From the NCBI RefSeq assembly GCF_009914755.1, contig NC_060933.1: 64,000 bases of DNA; one strand, written 5' to 3'. A model generated the notes under the pieces. It did not search any database and was not told the origin of the DNA. It saw nothing but the letters and a program-made list of their open reading frames with translations. Within the stretch, counting starts at the first letter, position 1. Each line of letters starts with the position of its first letter. The DNA is from the human T2T-CHM13v2.0 reference genome, Homo sapiens. The position numbers and the translations under genes are program-made. This document shows positions 12,246-24,406 of the stretch, piece by piece.

Positions 12246-13837
12246 AGAAGTCTTTCATATAATTTAAGATTCTTGTGATTAATTAACCTTTTATTATTCA
12301 TAATAACTAGGTACAATCTTTAATCTCCTCAGATGACTAATTTTACATATATGATTAGAACTATGTTAAAGTTTTTTCTCAAACTAAATAAGATATAATT
12401 TTTGAGGATGCATTGAATTTAGGCAACATAATCAAGAGCTGTCAAAACAGATTTCATGCTATTTTTAGCCAGAGACTGTGCCAACTGAAATGTGTTCCAT
12501 CTCAAACAATAATAAGGTAGTTTACCTGTAGCATTAGGATAGTGAGACAACATACCAGCAGTTCTATTCTAACAACGACCATCATAAAGATGGTGGCACA
12601 GAACTAGACTGAGTACTTACTTTAAACAGTGAGAAGCATAACAGTGGGGATACATTTCGTTACCTTGGGAAATTTTGTGGTACTGCATCAAGCTACTAAT
12701 TCACATTTACCTGTGTTGTTCTGTATTTACATAATTTGTCATTTTTGAATCTCGAGTTCATCATTTTACTTTATCCCTTGAATATTGCTTTTACTGAAGC
12801 CGACTTTTGATGGAACACTAATCTGATTTGTCTCAATTGTTTATTGCATTGAGAAATAGGGATTACTATGGACAGAACTTTCATCTGGCTATAAAATTGT
12901 ATTGATTGCACTAATTATAGGTATAATGGTCATTTCAAAGAAAGGAATTGCTGTAATGGGTCCTAAAAACTCTATGCATTCATAAGAGATATGTCCCTAG
13001 AATTTCCCAAATTCATACTTTTGTGAATAACAGGTCGATTTCACAAATGTCCAGACAACATCTAGAAGGAAACTATAATGAGAGCAGAAGCTGAGTTTAA
13101 GATACGCATTTGTTTGTTGATTTGCTATGTTGGTTCATTCACTATTTAAAGTCAAGTTACTGATCAGCCTGCCGTGGCTGTAATTCAAAACACATCTTTA
13201 GCAAATTGATAAATTATAAAATATCATGGCTCTTTCATATTGCTCATACATAAGTTATAAATGTCAAGGGTTATCTATATGGTTACTAAGAGCAATGCAA
13301 TTGGTTTCAGAAGTCATCAAGTTGAGATAAAAAGCTTTCATCACAATTGCTGATAATTTCTTCTTTTTTTAAATTGCTTTTTTTCCCGAAAATATGTTAT
13401 GGCATTTCCTTCTGGCCCTATCTGACAGGAATTATCTTCTATGTCCTTTTGGCAAGTTAGGAAAGTTAGCTTAGAAGAAATATGTCTCTTCTATTGCATC
13501 CCTCTACCATGTCATACACACAATTGTTATTGATAGGCAGCTCTCTTTGATAATAATTATTTTATTTTTACCCTTCTCCAGCTGCATATGCAAAACCACG
13601 TGTGAAAGTGGATGAGATGTACAGGACAAAGTTTATGCATTTTAGGTTGCAGATAAGGCCCATGTAACTTGATTCCTGCTTATATTTCCATGTTCCGCCT
13701 TCCCCACTCTCCCACTTTTCATTTTTTGTTCCACTAATATTGACCACATCATGTTTTGTAGTTTTTTTTTTCTTTTTTTTTTTTTTTTGTCTTTCCTGGT
13801 GTTCTGTCCTTTGCCTTAAACATTCTCCCACTGACTT

Positions 13838-14038
13838 TCATTATTTTTTTAATTGGTTAACTCGTATGTATGCTTCTTTACTCAGCTCTGATATTACCTT
13901 TTTCCTTTGAAGCCATCCATAATTCCTCATAGCAGTTCCTCATTATTTTTTTAACTAGTTAACTCCTATGTATGCTCCTTTACTTAGCTCTGATATTACC
14001 ATTTTCCTTTAAAACCACCCGTAGTTTCTCATAGCAGT
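13838..14038. repeat. Two-copy tandem duplication, period 102 bp, about 88% identity
   Basis: 13838-13936 and 13940-14038 align without gaps, with 12 mismatches in 99 bp by manual count. Confidence 0.92.
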
Positions 14039-15249
14039 GTGATGTAACTCTTCTGCAAATCTCTAGCACCCTGCACAGACATTTTTGCTGAACTTGCTTC
14101 ACTGAATTGGTATTTTTAGTTTACACATCTGCTCCTCTCTTTAGATTCTATGCTATTCAAGGGCATGTCCTACTATACTGCTTGTCAGTAAATATTCATT
14201 GGCTTCATAAGAGAAGACCTTTTCTTTTCTATTTTTTAAATCTAATTTGCAAAGGCATTAGCACAAAAATTACCCCCCAAATCAATGAGGGAGATAATTT
14301 GGAAATAAACTGAATGAAGCCAAACTACAACATATTCGCAATGCAAACAGACTTTCTTTGCCTTCAGTCCAGTTCCCCATTATCCTATTTTTATACATCA
14401 ATAAATACTACTAATGATAATGATGTTAATAAATTGGTTTGGTTTGTCATTCTCAAATATCCCAAAATACACAATTGGTTTCATAAAAGACATGAAATTT
14501 TAAAAATCACATATGGGGAATATGACAAATTTGACTACAGTTGACAGTAGTAAAATACAATTATTCAAGTAGATTACATGCATGTTACATGTGTATTTTC
14601 TATGTTTCTCACTTTTACAACAAATAATTCTTGGGACAAAGTTATGCCGTAATAACAATAACTTTTCAGTAACTCAATACGTTATTCACTATTGTAAAAA
14701 GCTATCTTACAAAATGATGAAAGCCTGCTGTGATGTGGTTATGTGGATTTTACTAAATGTTTTGAATAAGCCTATCATCTACAATTAGATTCAAGAAAAA
14801 TGGGAACAGTCAACATGTGGATTGGTATTGAGATTTTAATGAAAACACAAAAGTGGAAATTTGGAAGTGCACATCCACATTTCCTCAGCACATGGTACTT
14901 GAGGGAATCCTAAAGTGAACCAAGATACAGTAATCACTTTCATGGTCTCAGATAAAAAGTGAGAATGCTGTTTACAATAAGGCAAACAAACAAACACTGG
15001 CAACCACATTGCCCTTGTTTGTAGATTATCTCCTAAACATAAAATTCAATATTTTTCTGATGTAATGATTTAATTTCCCTTTAAGGAATACTTATAAACA
15101 GTTAAAAAGACAGATTGCATTACGGGGCTTCTAGCAGTAACATTTGTTCCTACTTCTTTCTACTCTCCAACTGGGCTCAAGGAGGGAACCCTTTCCAACT
15201 CTTTTAGCTATTGCTACTAATTTTTACCTTCATGTTCTAAAATTGAAGC

Positions 15250-15565
15250 AATTAATTCATTCCAAAATGGTTATTAATATCTCCCATTTTCCAGGCACTG
15301 TTCTAGGCCCATGATTGAGCTTAGAATCTAAAAAGAAGTTCCCTCAACAATAGATTTTATAAATTAGATCATAATTGGTGACATATAGTATAATAGAGGA
15401 TGATTGTTATGGGAAAAAGAAAAGAAGACTAGGATGAGATGAATGGGGAGTCATAGGTGAAAAATAAGTTTGTAATTTTGAGTAAAGTGATCATGATAAT
15501 CTTTCAAAGAACATGACATTTGAGCAAAGACTTAAAGGAGGTGAAGACATTCCCATTTGGATGTT
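15250..15565 (-). mobile_element. L2 3' fragment
   Basis: ttccaggcactgttctaggc and gacatttgagcaaagacttaaaggaggtgaag are typical antisense L2. Confidence 0.6.
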
Positions 15566-15569
15566 TCCT

Positions 15570-16519
15570 TAGAGTTCTTTTTTAATCTTTGTGCATTTGC
15601 AACTTTTATTCTCTGCTTTTCCTATTTTAGACTTTCCTTAAGTATCTGTTGATTTTTGACAACTCATTTGGATTTAAGGATGTGGAACTTGGAGCATTTT
15701 AGATGCTCTGTGTACATGGGCAGGTCTTATTGGTGGGCAGGATTCATTTTATGATAATAAAGTAGCAAACTAATTTCTGTTGGAAAGCTCCAAATATTAG
15801 TATCTTATTTTCTCTAGAGGATTCAGTTTCTCTAGATTATATATTTCCCTAGAAATATATAATATATATAATACTATATAATCTCTAGATTTTATATGTA
15901 TATTTTCTTACCTTGGAGAATAAGCCTGGCTGCTGGCCTAATGGAAAGGAAAAAGAGCTGACAGTCTTATTGTTCATTCACAGGTTTCTGTTTAATCTCC
16001 ACCCTCCAACGTTCTTGGTGTCCTTGCATCCAAGGCCCTTCTCAATAATCTCTCCATGAAAGGATAGGGGAGAATTTTTATTGCTTTGGAATCGGTGGTG
16101 GGTTAGTCACTTGGCTGCACAGGATGGGAGTCTGTAATCTAGTTGCCGAACTGTGCTTTAAACAGATTTGTCCACTAGTTCCCTTAGTTTTCGGTCAATA
16201 CTTCACGCCCACCTGTTAGAGTCCCTAGTCCCTTCAATTCCTGAGCCTTTCTGGAAATTGGTGGAAAATCAACTTGCTTCTCATCTTTACCTCCTCTTTC
16301 TGCACATTTCAGCTTCTTTTGTCTCACTAATACAGTACACATATTTCAGACATTCCATTTTCCAAAATTGTCTTCGTAACTCTTACCTAGCTGCAGTTTC
16401 ATTTTCTATTCTGTCATTGTAGATATTTACTTTTTTTGTTCTTTAACAGTAATCTTGGTAGGTTTTCCAGAGAAAGCAGCAATAAGATGTGTTAAGTGTG
16501 CCATGTTTAAACAGAAGAC
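15570..16519 (-). mobile_element. HAL1 (Half-L1)-like 5' region
   Basis: Ends with gtgtgccatgtttaaacagaag, resembling the reverse complement of the HAL1 5' terminus. Internal ggagaataagcctggctgc and aattcctgagcctttctgg. Confidence 0.55.
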
Positions 16520-16526
16520 AGTAAAA

Positions 16527-16706
16527 TTCAATCAAATAAACATTTATTTGGGCTCTATTTAGTGTGAGGCACTGTATAAGGTCTTAATTGGAATACAGAT
16601 GTTATTAAGGTAACCTATCTATGCTGCAGAGATTCAGTTTAGTGTGGAAGAAAAAGCACACCCTTGCTTAACTCTACCTCAAATCAGATTGATAAATGCC
16701 ATGCCA
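16527..16706 (-). mobile_element. L2 3' end (appears to resume after MLT1C at about 17210-17250)
   Basis: ttcaatcaaataaaacatttatttgggctctatttagtgtgaggcactgt...atacagat. Confidence 0.5.
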
Positions 16707-17207
16707 TATATTGGATTCAATAGCGCCTCTCTCTTCTGTCTCACCAATCACCTTTAAAAGAATATGTCCACCTAGAACCTCAGAACACAGTGTCATTTGG
16801 AAATGGAGTCATTGGAGATGTAATAAACTTAAAATGAGGTCATATTGAATTAGGATGTGCTCTAAATCCAGTGATTAGTGTTTTTATAAGATAAATGAGA
16901 GAGAGAAAGATAGATGTAGAGACACAAAAAAGACATGGGGAAAAGGCCATGTGGTTGTCATGTGACAATTAGAAGAGGCCATGTGCCAATCAGAGATTAA
17001 AGTGAGGCAGCTGCAAGACAAGAAACTCCTGAGGCCACCAAGAGAGGCAGGAAGAATTTTTTTCCTAGCTCTTTCATAGGGAACACAGCCCTGCTGAAAC
17101 CTTGATTTTGATCTTTTAGCCTTCAGAATGTGAAATAATAAATTTCTGTTGTTTTAAGCCATCCAGTTTGTGGTATTTTCTTACAGCAATCATAAGACAC
17201 TAAATAC
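16707..17207 (+). mobile_element. MLT1C-like solo LTR
   Basis: atatgtccacctagaacctcagaa...tttggaaat...aaaatgaggtcata...taaatccagtga...cagccctgctgaaaccttgatttt...aataaatttctgttgttttaagccatccagtttgtggta. Confidence 0.82.
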
Positions 17208-17452
17208 CAGTCATAACACCAGTACAGAGTACAATAAGAGAACATCAGTAGAACAGAGCCCAGGAAATATGAAGATAAGAACCCTACCAAAACCTTGGCA
17301 GTTGCCTTTGGCCAAGTGGAAATTCTATGAGTAAAAACATGTTTGACATTATTAAGCTATCTGGCAGAAACTCTTGAATATTTAAGGGCTGATTTTCCAG
17401 TGAAGATTTAACCACATGTACATATTTGCACTTTAAAATGACATGTTTTCTC

Positions 17453-17845
<393 letters not shown>

Positions 17846-18509
17846 TTATTTATGAAAGAAAATGGAATGCTATTGAATGCATTCTTGGTCATGAATTTTC
17901 TTCATATAAATAGAAACACTCTCATTTTTGGGGAGCCAAATTTCTAACTTTGTTAGCATTGAGAGTAAATTTTAAAGAAGTATTCCATTTTACTATTATA
18001 ATCCAAATCGTTAGCAAGATTTTCTCAGCTAAAGCAAGAGTAATGGTGTTTGGCATGTACATTTGAATATCTCAAAAGCAGAGATTAATGCTTAAGAAAC
18101 TGAAGTCTAGGAAGAGACAAATCTTATTTGACAAATTCTAAAGACATTCTCAAAGAAACAAAAAGTGCTGGTGAAGTAAGATTCAAATTGTTAACATTTG
18201 TTCAGCAATTACATGTGAATTAACCAGCCTGTCAATATAGAATTGATGTGCCTGAGACATTTCAAGTAAGCTTTGTAATCTAATTTTTAAAAGTTAACCA
18301 AAAGCTTTATGGAAGCTAAACTCGGGAAACCAGCTATGATTGCAAACACATGGCAGTTAGCTGAAAATTGTTTGGATGGAGAGAAAAACGGCTTCATTTA
18401 TCACTTGTAAGATCAAACATTTCCACTTGAGTAGCTCACACTATATAAATTTGGTTCAGTTTCTCTCTTGGAGGCTAGGCACGTACCAGCAATGCTTTCT
18501 TTCAAGCTT

Positions 18510-19175
18510 AGAAAGTGAAGAAACCTTCCTTTATTCTGTTTTAAAATTCCACAGCCTCATCCAAGCCTAAATTTTAGCTTACCTCCATTCCTATGTCTTT
18601 TCCTGCACCATCTTTACTCATAAGCTTAAGGGTACGATTGCTAAGATAGAAACCTGAAAGTCTTCTTTAGCTATCTCTCATCCCTAACATCCAATCAGTG
18701 GCTGTGCTGTTATATCACTAATCTCATGTCTTTGCCTTTTTTCCATTCTAACTACTGTTGCTTTAGGTAGAATCCCATTATTTCTTGACTACCCCAGTGG
18801 TCTCTCCTAGACAATTCTCTATACTGGTGCCAAAGTGATCATTCTGAATTACAAATCCGGTCAAGTTAAACCTTGCTGAAAATCCTTCAGTAACTCTGCA
18901 TAACTTTCAGATTAAAATTCAAAATCCTTAGCTTAACACACAGAAAAATTTATGATCTATCATTTGTTAATTGACCAGTATCATCTTCCCAAAACCTCAT
19001 TGCACTTCGTGTCTGTTCTAGTTCTACTGAACCACCAGATTAAAACCTGGGAGCACATTCTGTTTGCCTCCACAGCGACTTTGCCTATGTTCTCCCCTTA
19101 TGCTTGGGATAACCCTCCCCACGCTGTGTAATAGCAGACAAGCTATCCTGCAAAATTCTATTCAAATGTCATCTA
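18510..19175 (+). mobile_element. L2 fragment
   Basis: aaacctgaaagtcttcttt, catccaatcagtggc, tgccaaagtgatcattct, aaaattcaaaatccttagc, ttcaaatgtcatc. Confidence 0.55.
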
Positions 19176-21799
19176 ACTGGGTTTATGAACTCTCTAGGTT
19201 TACTTTAGCTAGTTACTCAGCTTAATATTTGAGCTTATAGCCTGTGAACAAATTGATGAAAAAGAGAATGTATAACTGTGGCATTTTGAAGTAAATTTCA
19301 CTCTTACCATGTGTGATCTAATTTGTGTTAGGCTCTTTTTAATGCGTGATTTTGGGCAAATACCTACCTAATCCTCAGATTGTGATCAAGTAATATCACC
19401 AACTAATGACACAGAACTCATATTCATTTTCAGATCATTCATGATTTCATGACACAAATCCTAGAAACACATTTTAAACGGAACACGTGTTTGTATACTT
19501 ACAGGCAGTCCAGATTACAGATATGAGAATTGCAAGAATATTGCTACAACATGTTAAACATATACTATAATGGTCTTTGGATGGCCAAAATACTAATCGT
19601 CTCAGCATCATTTAATATCATGTTACTTATTGAAGCATCATTTCTTGAGAATAAATCATTGGAAAGAGAAGCATAAGATGAACTTTGTACTGAGATTCAC
19701 TTTTTGTGATTCTTCATCTGCTCTCATCTGGAATAGAGCCAACCTATTAAAGACTGGTATTTGCTATCTAGGGTTGCTATTTACTATCTTAGCCTTATCA
19801 ATGGAAAGAATCCCAAAATGGATTGAAAGTAGCTTTATCTTCTATTTACCGGCACCTGATTAAAATACATATATAATTAGGCACTTATTTTTGGAAAGAG
19901 TTATTAAAATGGATATTTTGATACAATTTAAAACATAATGTATTCTACAGATGAAATATTTTAATGTTGAATTTTTATCACATGAATTTATTTAAACTAC
20001 AAAATTTTCAAACACTGTGAAGCATGCTGGTTAATAAGCATTAGAGACCCAAAATATCATTACATGTTATTTAAAGCAGAGTCTTCAAACTATTGTGGTG
20101 AGATTTATATACTAGCACATTTTCCAGAAATATCAGGTAATATTTAAATCTCATTAATAGCAATTATATGAGTGATATATTAAAACAAATCATTTAGCTG
20201 ATTTGTTTTAGGCATTTATTTTTCTTCTCAGCCTTTCTGCAATGTACAAATAAAAATAAAAAACCAAGAATTTATTTGAAAATCTTTCCTCCTTCAAAAA
20301 AGATATTATTTTATCATGAAGTTCATGTTGTCTAAGATGTAGCCCTAGAATGATTTGGTGCCCTGTTCCTGCCTGAACTGTATGTTTTTGTTTTTTTTTT
20401 TAATTTTTCTTTGCTCTCCCCTATCTCAAACTCAGCACAAATACTCCAGTTTCCTAAAAGGTATAGATGAACAGTCAGTAAATGAATGGAAACATTGCAA
20501 ACAAACCAACAACAAAAAAAACAAAGAATGTAATCTTTCAGGAGAATGTCACAAGCCAACATTATGTGCTAGCAATGATGCCAAAACTATTTCAGCTGCT
20601 AGAATTGTCTACTTTACCTTATCTCATACGTTCATGTGCCTGCATTAAAATACATATTCTAATGTTTATAATTTTGGTGTCCTCAGCGCAAATATTTCCA
20701 CTTTATTGGTCTCATACAGCCAGGATGCATTTCTTTGAGGCTACAGATTTAAAGAAAACTCTCCTAGCACATCAAAGAGAGACTCTAAAAGAATACTAAC
20801 CCACCATACACAGTATAATCTGTGGCTCTCCATCTTGTCTATGCTATCCTGTAAAATTTTTGCAGAGAATATTTGAAAAGAATGGTACAACGTTATTCTG
20901 CTAATGTAGTCTCTCATCCATACTGCCACAGCATCTTAGGTAGTAAGAATTTCACTATCGTATTTGTTAAAATTAGAATTTCCAAACTTATTCTTTTTAC
21001 TCCAATCTTGGAATAGTGGCTCTATTCTTAAGTCAGCTCAGTTTTAATATGGAGTAATTTAAATAGGACTCTGTCTGCTTGAGGTGGATCATGGATTTCC
21101 TCCTTATAATGGTGTGAAGATTTTTTTTTCCCTTACATAGGATTAAGTTTAAAATCATGTTGTAGGGTTTGGAAGCTTATCTGAAAACTTTCTCAACTAC
21201 CCCAGAATTCTACAAATTGAATGGGAAAATAAAATATTATTCTGAAAAGAAACTTTCACAGAGGAGTCCCTGCAGATCTCATTTTTTTCCAGACTGTGTA
21301 TACTAAGGCAGCAAGGTCACATAGGTCGTTACTGTTTTGGATCTGCTGATGTTTGTGAAGTGTGGCTTGGAGAGGAAAGTAGGAGGACAGAGAAAGCATT
21401 TGGGGATTTAATGAAGAAGCATATTAGCATGTGCCATAGTGGGGGCAGGTTTCAAGGCAGCATGATGGAAGACACACACCTTGCAGTGCTGAGACTTTTA
21501 TCTCATTTCCACACCTGCCTTGTCACCAATCTGCAGACTAGTAGCATGTGGCCCTGCTTGGGGTTTCTTCTCTCTTGCTCCTTACCCATTCTCTCTTCAC
21601 TGGCCTGTACTATCTACAAGTGAAAGGTGCTGAAGGTAACTGATCCTCTGTTGTATTTCTTTAAAAGAAATCAACAAACCTGATGTGACAATCATGTCTT
21701 TAGCTGAAAAGGCAGAAAGAAATACTTTAATTTGAAATGTATTTAATGAGCCGTTATTGAATGCCTACTATATGTAAAGCATTTTCACAGATAATCTCA

Positions 21800-22179
<380 letters not shown>

Positions 22180-23565
22180 TTAGGAGAGTGCATAATTCAG
22201 CAACCTTAGCAAATTAATATGAGTACTGCAATTCAAACCCTTCTCTGAGTCCAAGTTTGTACAGGGCAAAATAGGAAAAGGCAAACGCCAGCAATTACTA
22301 GAATTTATTGTTTGTTTAGTTGCTTTCATGAAATTATCTCAGAACAACACAATGAATTAGCTGTTTTCATTCTTAGTTCCAAAGAAAAACTAAAAGTTCA
22401 GCAAGATTACATAAGAGGTTACAAAACCAGGAAGTTGTTGAGCAGGCACCCATGTCAAACACAAAATCATTATATTATGTTGTCATATAATAAAAGATGT
22501 ATTGACTCTCAGGAGAGGTCTGAATATTATGTACAGCTACCAGCATATTAACAACTAAACAAAAGAAAACACTGATAAATGTCAAACAAATAAAACAAAA
22601 TCATCCCCCTAAAACTTCAGACACAAGGCTACTGCTCCAATGTCTTTTTATTTTCTAAGTTTTGAAGGTCTAATAATCCTGAATTACATTAACAGGATTC
22701 TCCCCAAAACCCCTGTTGCAGAGAAAATAAGTAAAGGTTATTATCATTTTGCTTAAGGAGAATTTAGAAGGATGCTTTCTTGCATGTGATTTTCTAAACC
22801 TACCCCATAATTAGCTATAAAAATGAGATTAAAAACTCCTCTCTGACAACCAAATCGTTCCTTAATCTACAATGTTATCATTATAGAAATTTAAGGCTTG
22901 TAGCTCTACCATTGTTTTAAATAGAATACAGAATCACTCTCCTCTGTTTGAAAAATCACTGAAACCAATTGACCTGTACTTTGCAAGCAATTGTTTTCAT
23001 TGACTGTATCCTAGGTAGATAAAAATAGAATGTTTAAAGCAATTCATTAAATTATAATCAGTAAACAATATTCCTAATCTTGCACATTAACTTTTTATAC
23101 CAGTGTCAATAATAGGTTTTAAGATCCATTATAAATTATGCTAAATGTAGCAATATACACTGCAGTTTTAATTTGCTAGTCCTGTTTATTCTCAACAAAG
23201 GAAGTGTAAATGTAGTATCTTCAATGTGTTTTCAAATTAAAAATTTTAAAATCCCTCACATTTAGTTAGTGCCTCACAGATCATAAACATTAAGCTTGAT
23301 TTCAGCAAATCAAAATATTTCATTTGATCCTAAAAATAGCTAACTGAGATGTGAAGTATCAGCTTTACTCCACCCGTTTAAAAATTGCAGGAACTGAAGT
23401 TCAGAAAGATTAAATAATAGAGGTAGAATATTGAAGCATCTGGGATTGCAACTTGAGTCTAATTCCAAAACCATGTAAATTCAACGCATAAGATTAAGAA
23501 AATTCTATATTACAGGGGATTTTAAAAGTTGTTTAGTCAACACAGAGACTGACTTCTACATTGTA

Positions 23566-24406
23566 CAGCATGTCTTTGAATAACATCATTTTGTTCAACA
23601 TCATCTTCTTTTAATGTAGAAGAGAAAAAAATGTATTTCTGGCATGGGGCTACTGTCTGTGTGGAGTTTTCAGCTTTCCCCATGTCTGCGTGGGTTTTCT
23701 CTGGATACTCTGGTTTCCGCCTACATCCCAAAGATGTGCATGTTAGGTGAATTGGTGTGTCTAAATAGTCACAGTGAGTGAATGTGGGTGTGAGTACACC
23801 CTGTGATGGGATGTCATTTTGTCCCAGGTGGGTTCCTGTGTTGTGCCCTGAGCTGCCAAGATAGGCTCTGGCCAACCTCTACCTAAACTGGAATAGGCAT
23901 GTTAGAAAATAAATGAATGAATGAATGAACACAAATTATTGTCAAATAATTCATAAAGTATCTGACAATCATACAAATGCATAACAATAAACAATGCAGC
24001 ACAAAAGCACTCAGCAAGCCTGCCATACTTGTGATTGTTTATTTTTGAACTACGTGTTAGTCGCAGGACATCCTCACAAGTTTTGCTTTGCAAACATGTA
24101 TTCCTTGATTTAATCCACCACCACTATGGCTACCATTACTCATGGATTGACACAAAATTAGGTAAATAATTATCTCATTTTTATTAATCTTTCTTAAGTG
24201 TATATATAGCTCACATTTATTTCAATGTTTAATATTTGATGCATTTGGGGTCTTTATTTTGAAGTTCGGTGATGTTTTTGTGACCAAAAATATAGCGTAG
24301 GAACCTAACTCTATCTCAATTAGCCTATGATAAACCTGGTTTTGCTGTGTGTCATAAGTTGCAGTTTCCGGTAAGTTACTGATGATGTTAAATGAGGACT
24401 TAACTG
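23566..24406 (+). mobile_element. MER6 (TcMar-Tigger), near full length
   Basis: TIRs cagcatgtctttgaataacatc and gatgttaaatgaggacttaactg. TA on both sides (23564-23565, 24407-24408). Internal tgtctgtgtggagtttt...ccccatgtctgcgtgggttttctc. Confidence 0.85.

Noticed and set aside
12459-12468. Perfect MEF2 motif ctatttttag (another at 23330-23339)
   Set aside because: Expected by chance at this AT content, and there is no independent support.
23537-23875. 112-aa minus-strand ORF
   Set aside because: It is the antisense reading of the MER6/V-SINE segment, and I see no transposase motifs.
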